The notes under the pieces are model-generated. The model was not told the DNA's origin, searched no databases, and saw nothing but the letters and a program-made list of their open reading frames with translations. A DNA stretch of 64,000 nucleotides from an uncultured Actinomycetes bacterium (GTDB lineage Bacteria > Actinomycetota > Thermoleophilia > UBA2241): contig CAVYCN010000003.1 in assembly GCA_963767005.1 (NCBI GenBank), positions 320,001-384,000 on the forward strand. The letters run 5' to 3'. Positions 29,620-41,065 of the stretch are shown here, one piece after another (within the stretch, counting starts at the first letter, position 1; every line of letters starts with the position of its first letter). Both the position numbers and the translations under genes were made by a program.

Positions 29620-30584
29620 GCCGGCCTCCGGCCGGGGGCGTCGCCGCGTCCGCGTCGCGCTGCCGGCCGTTGCGCCGGCCTCCCCACCGGCGAGGTCGCG
29701 CGCCGTGTCGCGGCGCGCCGGACGCGCTCCCGCTCGAGCGCCTCGCGGCCGCCGGCGGCGAGCCGGCGCCCGCGCGGCAGCGGCTGGCAGCGCGGGCAGA
29801 AGTGCGTGCCCCGGCCACCGAGCTCGACGCGGCGCACCGGCGTGCCGCACACGCGACAGGGCTCCCCGCCGCGCCCGTAGACGTTCAGGATCTCCTGGAA
29901 GGCGCCACGCGACCCCGCGGGGTCGACGAAGCTCTCGATCGAGGCGCCCTCGTGGTCGATGCCGAGCTGGAGCGTCTCGAGCAGGGCGTCGCGCAGACGC
30001 GCGACCTCGCCGGGCCCGAGGCTGCCGGCCACGCGCAGCGGGCTGAGGCGGGCGCGAAAGGCGGCCTCGTCTGCGTAGATGTTGCCGACGCCGGCGATGC
30101 GGCGCTGGTCGAGCAGGAACGACTTGAGCGGAGCCACCCGACCTTCGAGCGCGCCGCGCAGGTAGTCGGTCGTGAACGACGCACCGAACGGCTCGGGACC
30201 CATGGCGGCGAAGAACCCGTCCTCGGCCGCGCCGGGCAGCGCCCAGACCCGCCCGAAGCGGCGCGTATCGTAGAAGAACAACTCGCCGGCCGGACGCAGG
30301 CGCAGCACGAAGCGCGGCCGGGGGCTGCCAGGCTCGGGCGCGAGCAGTAGACGACCGGTCATGCGCAGGTGCACGACGAGCAGGACGCCGTCGAGCTCGA
30401 CGATCAGGTACTTGCCGCGCCGGCGCAGCCGCACGATGCGGCGGCCTTGCAACGCGTCGCGCAGCTCGGCGGCCGTCTGGACCGAGACGACGGGGTCGTT
30501 CACGACGACGCCGTCGACCACGAGGCCCGGCAGGCAGGCGGCCAGGCGGCGGCGCACAGTCTCGACCTCGGGCAGCTCAGGCAT
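29616..30584 (-). CDS. mutM: Formamidopyrimidine-DNA glycosylase
   Basis: MPELPEVE, RRGKYL, HLRMTG, GVGNIYADE, CRVC...CPRC zinc finger. Confidence 0.97.
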   Translation of the reverse strand: MPELPEVETVRRRLAACLPGLVVDGVVVNDPVVSVQTAAELRDALQGRRIVRLRRRGKYLIVELDGVLLVVHLRMTGRLLLAPEPGSPRPRFVLRLRPAGELFFYDTRRFGRVWALPGAAEDGFFAAMGPEPFGASFTTDYLRGALEGRVAPLKSFLLDQRRIAGVGNIYADEAAFRARLSPLRVAGSLGPGEVARLRDALLETLQLGIDHEGASIESFVDPAGSRGAFQEILNVYGRGGEPCRVCGTPVRRVELGGRGTHFCPRCQPLPRGRRLAAGGREALERERVRRAATRRATSPVGRPAQRPAARRGRGDAPGRRPA

Positions 30585-31992
30585 CGCTCCCGCCTTCCCC
30601 GTCGCATCCCGACGCGCGCTCGCGGTCCCACCACGACAGCACGAACGACCTGGCCTGCTCGGGCGTCGTCACGAGGCCGCAGTCGACCTCCTCCTGGAGG
30701 GCGGCGAGGGCGCGGCCCACGGTCGCGCCCTCGTCGAGGCCGAGGAGCTCCATGACCTCGCCGCCGCGCAGCAGCCGGCGCGGCGCCGCCGGCGCGTCGC
30801 CGAACACGTCGCGCGCGATGCGGAAGTGGCGCGCCAGGGAGCGCGGCGGCGTGCGCTCGCCGCGGGTCGCGACGCGGTCGGCCAGCGAGAGTACGGTCGC
30901 CTCGAAGACGAACGGCTCGACGTCGCGACGGTACCGCACGAGGGCGCGCCGCGTGAGCGGCATCTCGCGCACGAGGAAGCCCAGACGCAGGTGCCCGCGC
31001 ACGAGCACGGCGAGGAACTGCTCGAAGCGCCGACTCAGGTGCAGCCGGCGGCAGACGCCGCGGGCGAGGTCCTCGCCGATGCGGTCGTGCGAGAAGAAGG
31101 TCACCCGGCCGTCGTCGCCCACGTCGCGCGCTGCGGGCTTGCCGACGTCGTGCAGCAGCACGGCCCAGGCAAGCGGCGCGAGCGGCGGCGCGCCGGGCAG
31201 GCCGACCGCCTCCGGCGTGGCAAGGTAGCGCTCGCCGCCGAGCGCGGCGACCACCTGCGGCAGGAACGAGAGGGCCTCGAGCGTGTGGTCGAAGACGTCG
31301 AGGTGGTGGTAGGGATTCTGCGTGACGCCGCGGCAGGCGGCGAGCTCGGGCAGCGCCACCTCGAGGGCGCCGAGATCGGCCAGGCAGCGCACGGCCGCAT
31401 CGGCCGGCGACAGGCCGAGCAGGATCGAGAGCTCCCGCTCGAGACGCTCCACGCTCACCGCGGCGAGGCCGCCGGCCGCCTCCACGGCCGCCTCCTCGAG
31501 ATCGGGCACGGGCGTGAGCTCGAGCTCGAAACGGAGCCGGGCGAGCCGCACCACGCGCAGCGGATCGTCGAGCAGGGCCCGCGTCGTGCACGGCGCGAGG
31601 CGCCGGGCGCGCAGGTCGGCAAGACCGCCGCAGGGATCCAGCAGGGCGCTGGGCTGTGCGCCCAGCGGCCGGGCCATCGCGTTGACCGTGAAGTCGCGGG
31701 CGCGCAGGTCGTCGGCGATCGTCGCGCCGCGCAGCGGCGCGACGTCGATGTGCCCGCCCTCGCAGGCGATGCGCCACGCCGAGAAGCGCTCGGAGTACGA
31801 GAAGACGGGCCCGCCGAGCTCGGCCGCCAGGGCATGCGCGAAGGCCTCGGCGTCGCCGGCCACGACGAGGTCGAGGTCGTCGCAGAGCCGGTGCAGGAGG
31901 GCGTCGCGCACACCGCCGCCGACGATCCAGGCCCCGTCGCTCGCGGCGGCCACGGGGGCGGCCGCGGCGGCGATGGCGTGGACGTCGAGCAT
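30577..31992 (-). CDS. CCA-adding/poly(A) polymerase family nucleotidyltransferase with HD domain
   Basis: VGGGVRDALL, DLDLV, DLRARDFTVNAM, DDPLRVVR, LLHDVGKP. Confidence 0.9.
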   Translation of the reverse strand: MLDVHAIAAAAAPVAAASDGAWIVGGGVRDALLHRLCDDLDLVVAGDAEAFAHALAAELGGPVFSYSERFSAWRIACEGGHIDVAPLRGATIADDLRARDFTVNAMARPLGAQPSALLDPCGGLADLRARRLAPCTTRALLDDPLRVVRLARLRFELELTPVPDLEEAAVEAAGGLAAVSVERLERELSILLGLSPADAAVRCLADLGALEVALPELAACRGVTQNPYHHLDVFDHTLEALSFLPQVVAALGGERYLATPEAVGLPGAPPLAPLAWAVLLHDVGKPAARDVGDDGRVTFFSHDRIGEDLARGVCRRLHLSRRFEQFLAVLVRGHLRLGFLVREMPLTRRALVRYRRDVEPFVFEATVLSLADRVATRGERTPPRSLARHFRIARDVFGDAPAAPRRLLRGGEVMELLGLDEGATVGRALAALQEEVDCGLVTTPEQARSFVLSWWDRERASGCDGEGGSDA

Positions 31993-32000
31993 CGCGCCCG

Positions 32001-33185
32001 TCAGGCGGTGTCGGGTCCGCCCGATGGAGCCTGCGGCCCCGTCGCGACGGCCGTGTAGCGCGCGGCGGGCCGGACCTCGGTGTCGGCCGGCGCCTCGACG
32101 TAGCGCCGCACGACGCGCGGCGCCACGTCGCAGGCGACCTCGTAGTTGATGGTGTCGAGCAGCCGGGCGACGTCCTCGGCGAGGATCCGCTCGCGACCCG
32201 ACCGGCCGATGAAGACGACCTCGTCGCCGGCCTGCACCGCGGCCGGATCGTCGGGCAGCAGCACCGTGAGCTGGTCCATGCTGATCGTACCCGTGATACG
32301 GCAGCGCCGGCCGGCGATCAGCACGTCGCCGCGGTTGGTGAGCGCCCGCGTGACGCCGTCGGCGTAGCCGATCGGCACGATCGCCAGGCGCGCCGCGCCC
32401 TCGGCGACGAAGCGACGGCCGTAGCCCACCGATTCGCCGCGCTCGACCTCGCGGATGCCGGCCACATACGAGGTGAGACGCAGGGCCGGCCGCAGGCCGC
32501 GCGGCACCGGGTCGTCGCCGAACGGCGACAGGCCGTAGATCGCGATGCCGGTGCGCACCAGGTCGAAGTGCGTCGCCGGCTCGCGCATGACGGCTGCGCT
32601 GTTGGCCGTGTGGGCCACGAGCCGCGGGTAGGCCGCCTTGAGCTCGGCGGCGAGCGCCGTGAAACGCTCGAGCTGCGCCAGGAAGAAGGTGGGGTCGTCT
32701 TCGTCGGCGGTGGCGAAGTGGCTCATGAGACCCGACAGGGCGCCGCCGGCCGCCGCGGCGAGGGCGCGGGCGTCGCGCTCGCGCACCCCGAGCCGCCCCA
32801 TGCCCGAGTTGAACTTGACGTGGACCCGCACGCGGCACCGCAGCGCTTCGTCGAGAAAGGCCTGCGACCAGACGGCGACGTCGGCGTGCACCCGCGCGGC
32901 GCGCGCGAGCTCGCGGCCGGTCAGCGGACCGAACACGAGGATGGGTGCGGCCAGCGCGGCCTCGCGCAGCTCCTCGGCCTCGGCGACGGTGGCCACGCCG
33001 AGCCACGACGCCCCGGCACGCAGCGCGGCCCGGGCGACCGGCACGGCGCCGTGGCCGTAGCCGTTCGCCTTGACCACGGCGCACAGCGAGGCGCCGGGGG
33101 CGAGCAGGCCAGTGAGCGTCGCGACGTTGTGACGGACGGCCGAGAGGTCGACCGTGGCAAGCGCACGCTCCCTGCCGTCGAGCAC
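32001..33185 (-). CDS. alr: Alanine racemase
   Basis: AVVKANGYGHG PLP motif, SHFATAD, GYADG, ISMDQ, TINYE. Confidence 0.96.
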   Translation of the reverse strand: MLDGRERALATVDLSAVRHNVATLTGLLAPGASLCAVVKANGYGHGAVPVARAALRAGASWLGVATVAEAEELREAALAAPILVFGPLTGRELARAARVHADVAVWSQAFLDEALRCRVRVHVKFNSGMGRLGVRERDARALAAAAGGALSGLMSHFATADEDDPTFFLAQLERFTALAAELKAAYPRLVAHTANSAAVMREPATHFDLVRTGIAIYGLSPFGDDPVPRGLRPALRLTSYVAGIREVERGESVGYGRRFVAEGAARLAIVPIGYADGVTRALTNRGDVLIAGRRCRITGTISMDQLTVLLPDDPAAVQAGDEVVFIGRSGRERILAEDVARLLDTINYEVACDVAPRVVRRYVEAPADTEVRPAARYTAVATGPQAPSGGPDTA

Positions 33186-33186
33186 G

Positions 33187-33702
33187 TCAGATCCCCAGCA
33201 TCCGGACGATGTCGTGCCGCGCGATGATGCCGACCACACGGCCGTCGTCGACGACGGGCACGCGGTCGATCCGTTCGTCGGCCATGATGGTCGCGGCCCG
33301 GCCGACCGGATCGCCGGGCGCGACGGCGAGCACGCGGGTCGTCATGATGTCGCCCACCGTGCTGCCCACCATCTTCCTGAGGCGCTTCTCGAACTTCTTC
33401 TGGCCCCCCAGGAACACGAGGCTGCCGAGCACCTCGACGAAATGCGGAGCCCGCACGTCGGCGTCCTCGACCACGAGGTCGCCCTCGGTCACCATGCCGA
33501 CCAGACGGCCGGCGCCGTCGACGACCGGCACCCCGCCGAGGTCCTTCTCGCGCAGCAGCTGCACGAGCTCGTGCACCGTGGCGTCGGGAGCGATCGTCAC
33601 GACGTTGCGCTCCATGATGTCGGCGGCCTTCGGCTCGCCGCTCCCGCTCGGGTCTGCGCCACGCGGGGCGCCTGCGTCGTCTGTCACCTGGTCACCATCC
33701 AT
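33187..33702 (-). CDS. CBS domain pair protein
   Basis: ADIMERNVVT...GGVPVVD...VGDIMT...RVPVVD...GIIARHDI. Confidence 0.9.
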   Translation of the reverse strand: MDGDQVTDDAGAPRGADPSGSGEPKAADIMERNVVTIAPDATVHELVQLLREKDLGGVPVVDGAGRLVGMVTEGDLVVEDADVRAPHFVEVLGSLVFLGGQKKFEKRLRKMVGSTVGDIMTTRVLAVAPGDPVGRAATIMADERIDRVPVVDDGRVVGIIARHDIVRMLGI

Positions 33703-35272
33703 GGTCGTGGTCGTACTCGTCGTCGTGCTCGTGCTCGTCGTCGTCGCCGACCGCCAGGCGCTCGACCGCGAGCGGCAGGAAGTCGAACAGATCGCTTGCG
33801 ATCATGCCCTCGGCGCTCACCGCGGTGTCGACCGCCATGTCGGCCGCCAAGCCGTGCACGTAGCCGCCCAGGCAGGCGGCCTCGGTGGCCGGCAGACCCT
33901 TGGCGAGCTGGCCGACGATGACGCCGGTCAGCACGTCGCCGGTGCCCGGCGTCGCGAGGCCCGGGTTGCCGGTCGGGACGACGAAGGCCGTGCCGCCCGG
34001 GTCGGCGACGATCGTATGCGCCCCCTTGAGCAGCACGGTCGCGCCGCTGCGCCGCGCCGCCTCACGGGCCGCGGCCAGGCGCTGCGCCGCGACCTCGGCG
34101 GCGTCGCGCGCGAGCAGGCGCCCGAGCTCTCCCTCGTGAGGGGTCAGGACGGTCGGCGCCGTACGGCCGGCCAGCAGCTCGAGGTCGGCGCCGAGGGCGT
34201 AGAGCCCGTCGGCGTCGATCACGAGCGGCACGTCGGCGGCCGCTGTGACGAGCTTGCGCACGAGGGCGACGGTGTCGTCGTCACGGCCCATGCCCGGGCC
34301 GAGCGCGGTCGCCTTGAGACGGCCCATCTCGGTGCGCACGGCATCGAGGTCGGCGAGGCCCAGCCGTTCCCGGCCGCCGGCGGCCACGTTGATGACCTCG
34401 AGGTACGGCTTCTCGGACACGAGGTCGGCCGGCAGGATGCAGTGCACGAGGCCGGCCCCTGAGCGCAGCGCGCCGAGCGCCGCCATGGCGGCCGCGCCGC
34501 TCATGCCACGCGAGCCGCCCGCCACGAGCACGGTGCCGACCGAGCGCTTGTGGTCGGCCTCGGTCTTGGGCCGCACCACGAGGCCGACCGCGTCGCTCGT
34601 CAGCGCGAACACGGCGGCCGCTTCGTCGCACGAAGGCGGGATGCCGATCGGCACGACCACGATGTGGCCGGCGCAGCGATCGCCGGGGCTCACGAAGTGA
34701 CCGACCTTGGGAGCGTGCAGCGCGACCGTGAGGTCGGCGAGCACCGCCGGTCCGGCGATCTCGCCGGTCGAGGCGTCGACGCCCGAGGCGATGTCGAGCG
34801 CGACGACCGCGGCGGCCGAGGCGTTCATCTCGGCGATCGCCTCGGCGGCGACGCCGCCGGCCGTGCCGCTGAAACCGGTGCCGAAGACGGCGTCGACCGC
34901 GACGTCGGCGTCGCCGACCGGCCCCACGCCGTCGACGACGTCGACACCGAGCCGTTCGGCGATCTCGAGGTTGAGGAGGGCGTCGCCCTTGTAGGCGTCG
35001 TGGCCGGCGATCGCGAACACGGCCACCTCGACGCCGGCGTTGAACAGCTCGCGGGCGACGACGAAGCCGTCGCCGCCGTTGTTGCCCTTGCCGGCGTAGA
35101 CCACCACGCTCTCGGGCTCGAAGGCGCGCATGAGCTCGCGCGCGACGGCCGCCCCGGCACGCTCCATGAGGTGTCCGCCGGGGATCCCGAGCCCTTCTAT
35201 AGCGGCGGCGTCGGTGGCCCGCATCTCCTCCGCCGTGAAGAGGCCGAGCGACAGCGACTCGAGCATCGTCAT
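33692..35272 (-). CDS. nnr: Bifunctional NAD(P)H-hydrate epimerase/dehydratase
   Basis: LMERAG, GKGNNGGDG, DAVFGTG, GPGMG, IDADGL, LTPHEGE, TPGTGDVLTG. Confidence 0.94.
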   Translation of the reverse strand: MTMLESLSLGLFTAEEMRATDAAAIEGLGIPGGHLMERAGAAVARELMRAFEPESVVVYAGKGNNGGDGFVVARELFNAGVEVAVFAIAGHDAYKGDALLNLEIAERLGVDVVDGVGPVGDADVAVDAVFGTGFSGTAGGVAAEAIAEMNASAAAVVALDIASGVDASTGEIAGPAVLADLTVALHAPKVGHFVSPGDRCAGHIVVVPIGIPPSCDEAAAVFALTSDAVGLVVRPKTEADHKRSVGTVLVAGGSRGMSGAAAMAALGALRSGAGLVHCILPADLVSEKPYLEVINVAAGGRERLGLADLDAVRTEMGRLKATALGPGMGRDDDTVALVRKLVTAAADVPLVIDADGLYALGADLELLAGRTAPTVLTPHEGELGRLLARDAAEVAAQRLAAAREAARRSGATVLLKGAHTIVADPGGTAFVVPTGNPGLATPGTGDVLTGVIVGQLAKGLPATEAACLGGYVHGLAADMAVDTAVSAEGMIASDLFDFLPLAVERLAVGDDDEHEHDDEYDHDHGW

Positions 35273-35690
35273 CCTCCTCCCTTGCCTTCGCTTCCCGGCG
35301 GGCCGTCGCCGGCCGTGTCGCCCACAGCGACGGCCATGGCGTAGGCCATGCCGGCGGTGTGACTCAGGGACAGTTCTACCCTCGTTACGCCCAGTCGTCG
35401 AGCAACCTCGGCGACGTGGCCGTGGAGCGCCACGCGCGGCTGGCCGCCCGACAGCACCTCGATCTCGCGCCAGACGAAGCCGATGATGCCGATGCCGAGC
35501 GCCTTGCCCACCGCCTCTTTTGCGGCGAAGCGCGCCGCGTAGCGCGGGAACGGGTCGGCGAAGCCGTCGGCGTAGGCGCGCTCGTGCGGCGAGAACAGCC
35601 GTTCAGAGGCGCGCGGCAGGCGCTCGAGCAGCCGGCGCATGCGCGCCACCTCGACCGCGTCGGTGCCCACGCCGGTCACGCTTGAGCCGC

Positions 35691-35694
<4 letters not shown>
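35269..35694 (-). CDS. acpS: Holo-ACP synthase
   Basis: GVGTDAV, AARFAAKEAVGKALG, LSLSH. Confidence 0.94.
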
Positions 35695-37517
<1,823 letters not shown>

Positions 37518-37560
37518 GGAGACCTCGCTTCGCTCGGAAACGGGCGCGCGCGGGACGGGC

Positions 37561-37710
37561 GACACGTTCGAGCCGTTTTGTCGCCGCCGTTACCGGCGGG
37601 ATTTGTCGGATCGATCACGACCGTGTCGGGCCGGGAGGCATCCGCCGAAGACTTCGATGAACCTCCGCCTCGTCACCCGCCGGCTGACCGCCGGGGGTCT
37701 GGCGCTAGGA
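37561..37710 (-). ncRNA. glmS ribozyme (GlcN6P-activated)
   Basis: Minus strand reads AGCGCCAGACC...GACGAGG-CGGAGGUUCAUCGAAGUCUUCGGCGGAUGCCUCCCGG...ACAAA...GGUAAC...ACAAAA; P3.1 pair GACACG/CGUGUC; directly upstream of glmS. Confidence 0.93.
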
Positions 37711-37870
37711 GATTGCCGGAGCTCGTACCGCGTGGCGAAAAGAGCGCGCCTTGGGCCGTTCGGCGTTCACTCGTGCGTCTCGATCCACCTCCCCGATCGA
37801 CGTCAGCCATTCTACCGTATCGCGCGCAGTCGTGGCGCAGGAGGGCCGCCCTTCGCGGCAGACGCGCCGA

Positions 37871-38347
37871 TCAGGAGCCCGCCTCACCCTCCCAGTAGTC
37901 GACCGCGCTCTCGCGGCGCACCATCAGGTCGTCGTCGCGGTTGCCGGTCCAGATGGCGACCTTGCCGCTGTCGGGGTAGACGGTCGCGGCCGGGTGGCAG
38001 ACCGTCGACCACATGAGGATACGCACTGTCTCGGCCGTCTCGTTGCGCACGCCGTGAGCGCCGGCCGGCCCCGTCGGAAAGCATACGACGTCCCAGGGCT
38101 CGAGGACGTCCTCGCCTTCGGGGTGACGCAGCGTCGGCCGGCCTTCGAGCACGAGCAGCCACTCCTCCTCGGCGTACTCGTAGTGATAGGGGCAGACGGC
38201 CTGACCGGGCGGCAGCTCGTACACGCTCGCGCCGAGCTGGGCCGCACCGAGCAGGGGACCAAAACGGAACGTGCCGCCGCGAAAGCCGGCGGGGTCGTCG
38301 CTGTCGTAGATGAACCGGGGCCGGGCGATGTTGACGTGAGGCGGCAT
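37871..38347 (-). CDS. Cupin domain protein
   Basis: YELPPGQAVCPYHYEYAEEEW...FPTGPAGAH...YPDSGK. Confidence 0.88.
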   Translation of the reverse strand: MPPHVNIARPRFIYDSDDPAGFRGGTFRFGPLLGAAQLGASVYELPPGQAVCPYHYEYAEEEWLLVLEGRPTLRHPEGEDVLEPWDVVCFPTGPAGAHGVRNETAETVRILMWSTVCHPAATVYPDSGKVAIWTGNRDDDLMVRRESAVDYWEGEAGS

Positions 38348-38390
38348 GGGCGGGTCATACCCGCCCATGCCGCCCGCCTGACCGTCAGCG

Positions 38391-39863
38391 TCAGGCGTCG
38401 GCCGTGCTCTCCGACCGACGACCGGCGCCGGCGTCGGGCAGCACCGGGGCGTCGGGGGCGCCGGCGCGGTGCGCGAGCCACCAGCCGACCACCATGCTGA
38501 TCGCCGTGCCGCCGGCCGTGACGATCCAGTACGTCACCTTGGGCGTGCCGTCGGGCACGAGATAGAAGAACAGCACGATGGCGAAGACCACGCCGGCCGT
38601 CGTCAACGCCACGGAGAGCCACGCCCCGGCCCGCCCGCCCGGCACCGTGTAGGGGCGCTTCGTGCCCGGCTGCGAGCGCCGCAGCAGGAGCAGCGCCGGG
38701 AACATGAGCAGGTACGGGAACAGGAAGACGATCGAGCTCAGGGCGAAGATGCTCCAGAACACGCTCTCCCTCGTCGCGAAGAAGGAGTAGTTGATGACCG
38801 TGATGGCGGTCGAGAGCACCCCCATGAGCACGAAGGCGTAGTCGGGCGTGGTGAAGCGCCGGTTGGTGTGGCCGAACACGCCCGGCGCGGCGCGGTCGAG
38901 GCCGGTCGAGGCCATGCTGTGGTTGGCGCCGATCGACCAGGTGACCATGTTGCCGATCAGCGTGAAGAGCAGCAGCACGATGAAGACGTCGTAGACCGTC
39001 CCGGCGGCGCCGCCCAGGACGGCGTGGAACGAGAGCTTCATGGCGTCGGCCATGCCGGTCACGATCGAGAGGTTCTTGAGCGGGATCGCCGCGAGGATGC
39101 CGAAGTTGCCGACGAGCTGGGCCACGACGATGATCACGCCGGCCAGCAGCAGCATGCGGGGGATGTCACGCCGCGGGTTGCGCACCGCGCCGGCCGCCGA
39201 GCTCATGAGTTCGAAGCCCATGAAGTTGTAGACGATGATCGGCAGGAAGCTCCAGTTCGCCCCGAACGACGGCTTCCAGGCCGACGCCGCAAACGAGTTG
39301 GCGAGGCCGTGATGCACGGCGAAGGCGAGGCCCATGGCGCCGAGCATGACGAGCACGCCGACCTTGAGCGCCGCGCTTGCGCTGTTCACCCACTTGCTGA
39401 GCGACAGCGGCAGGACGCCGATCAGCACCACGAGCCAGATGAGGGCGATCACGATGATCTCCGCCCAGGTGTTGCTCATGCCGCCCCAGAAAGCCGCCGA
39501 GAGCGTGCCGGCGAAGATGACGAAGACCGCCGGCGCCCAGTAGGCGACGTTCACCCAGTACAGCCAGGCGGTGAACGTGCCCCAGCGCGGTCCGTAGGCC
39601 TCGCGCACCCAGACGTAGATGCCGCCCTCGTCGGGCCAGCCGCTGCCGAGCTCCGCGGTGATCAGCCCGTAAGGCACGAAAAAGATCACCGCGAACAGGA
39701 TGAAGAGCGTGATGCTCTGGACGCCGATCGCCGACGACGTCGCGACGGTGTCCAGCGTGATCATCGCCGAGACGGCGAAGAGGGTCATCGAGACGATGCC
39801 CATGGTGCGCGGCTGGTCGGCGAGCGTCACCCCGGCCGCGATGCCTCTGCTTTCTGTCGCCAT
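38391..39863 (-). CDS. APC family permease, agmatine/putrescine antiporter (AguD)-like
   Basis: LDTVATSSAIG, ELGSGWPDEGGIYVWV, WLYWVN, YNFMGFE, NPRRDIP; directly downstream of a transcarbamylase. Confidence 0.88.
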   Translation of the reverse strand: MATESRGIAAGVTLADQPRTMGIVSMTLFAVSAMITLDTVATSSAIGVQSITLFILFAVIFFVPYGLITAELGSGWPDEGGIYVWVREAYGPRWGTFTAWLYWVNVAYWAPAVFVIFAGTLSAAFWGGMSNTWAEIIVIALIWLVVLIGVLPLSLSKWVNSASAALKVGVLVMLGAMGLAFAVHHGLANSFAASAWKPSFGANWSFLPIIVYNFMGFELMSSAAGAVRNPRRDIPRMLLLAGVIIVVAQLVGNFGILAAIPLKNLSIVTGMADAMKLSFHAVLGGAAGTVYDVFIVLLLFTLIGNMVTWSIGANHSMASTGLDRAAPGVFGHTNRRFTTPDYAFVLMGVLSTAITVINYSFFATRESVFWSIFALSSIVFLFPYLLMFPALLLLRRSQPGTKRPYTVPGGRAGAWLSVALTTAGVVFAIVLFFYLVPDGTPKVTYWIVTAGGTAISMVVGWWLAHRAGAPDAPVLPDAGAGRRSESTADA

Positions 39864-39915
39864 TGTGGACCTCCTCTTGCGACCTGCCGTGGTACCCGCC
39901 CGACGACCGCGGCTC

Positions 39916-40971
39916 CTAGCGTACGAGCGCCCGCCCGATGGCGGCGAGCTCGGGGTCGTCGGGCGGTGTGTCGATGCCGATGAGCGCGAGCAGCAGCGCC
40001 TTCTGGAAGTGCTTGCGGTTCTCCGCCTCGTCGAGCACGATCGAGAACGGCGCGTCGAGGATCGCGTCGGTCATCTCCTCGCCGCGCACGGCCGGCAGGC
40101 AGTGCATGAACACCGCTCCCGGCCTGGTGTGACGCCAGAGCGCCTCGTTCACCTGATAGGGCGTGAGCTCGCGGCGCAGCTTGCGCACCTCGTCGTCGGG
40201 CTGCATCCACCACCAGCCGACGGTGAACACGACGTCGGCCTGCGAGACTGCCGCCACCGCGTCGTCTGTCAGCGTGAGGGTCGCGCCGCTGCGCGCGCAG
40301 TTGAGCCGCACGAGGGCGGCCGTCTCGTCGGTCATCTGGTGCCCGGCCGGGCCGGCCATCACCATGCTGCTGCCCAGGCGTGTCATGGTGAGCGCGACGG
40401 AGGTGCCCATCGCGTCAGCGCACTTGCCGACGAAGGCGCAGGTCAGGCCGCTCACCGTACCGAAGCGCTCGCGGATCGTGAGCGCGTCGGTCATCGACTG
40501 CACGGGGTGGTCGTAGTCGTCGGTGAGCCCGTTGATGACGGGCACGGTGGCCGCCGCGGTGAGCTCGGCCAGCGTCGAGTGGTAGGCCGTGCGCGCCATG
40601 ATGGCGTCGACCAGGCGGCTGATCACACGAGCGGTGTCGGCCACCGTCTCGTGGCCGCCCAGGTGGATCTCGCCGGGCCGCAGGTACTGGGCGTGGCCGC
40701 CGAGCTCGGTCATGCCCGCCTCGAAGCTGATGCGCGTGCGGGTCGACGGATGCTCGAAGATCATCGCGAGGGTGCGTCCCTCCAGGAACGGCGTCAGCGG
40801 GCGGCGCCGGTACGCGGCCTTCAGCGCGACCGCGAGGTCGAGCAGGCCGGTGAGCTCCTCGGCCGTGAACTCCTGATCGGTGAAGAAGTGGCGGCCTCGC
40901 AGCGACGCCAGGCTGCCGGGGGCGACCGGCTCGCTCACCGGCCGACGGACTGTCTCGCTCATGCTCGCCAT
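39916..40971 (-). CDS. Second putrescine-transcarbamylase-like protein (atypical substrate loop)
   Basis: STRTRISFE, GEIHLGGHETVADTARVISRLVDAIMAR, HPVQ, FMHCLPAVRGEE, DEAENR; FTVGWWW loop. Confidence 0.9.
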   Translation of the reverse strand: MASMSETVRRPVSEPVAPGSLASLRGRHFFTDQEFTAEELTGLLDLAVALKAAYRRRPLTPFLEGRTLAMIFEHPSTRTRISFEAGMTELGGHAQYLRPGEIHLGGHETVADTARVISRLVDAIMARTAYHSTLAELTAAATVPVINGLTDDYDHPVQSMTDALTIRERFGTVSGLTCAFVGKCADAMGTSVALTMTRLGSSMVMAGPAGHQMTDETAALVRLNCARSGATLTLTDDAVAAVSQADVVFTVGWWWMQPDDEVRKLRRELTPYQVNEALWRHTRPGAVFMHCLPAVRGEEMTDAILDAPFSIVLDEAENRKHFQKALLLALIGIDTPPDDPELAAIGRALVR

Positions 40972-40978
40972 CACCTCT

Positions 40979-41036
40979 TGGTTAAACGGACATTTATCAC
41001 TGACTCTTATATGACCGTTTAACCAGATGCTGTCAA
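40979..41036 (-). promoter_or_regulatory. Promoter (TTGACA 41036-41031) with a large inverted repeat / paired operators
   Basis: tggttaaacggacat-N17-atgaccgtttaacca; AT-rich patch between tetR and the transcarbamylase gene. Confidence 0.65.
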
Positions 41037-41065
41037 GCGCTGACCGGCCGGCGAGCGCCTCGTCT

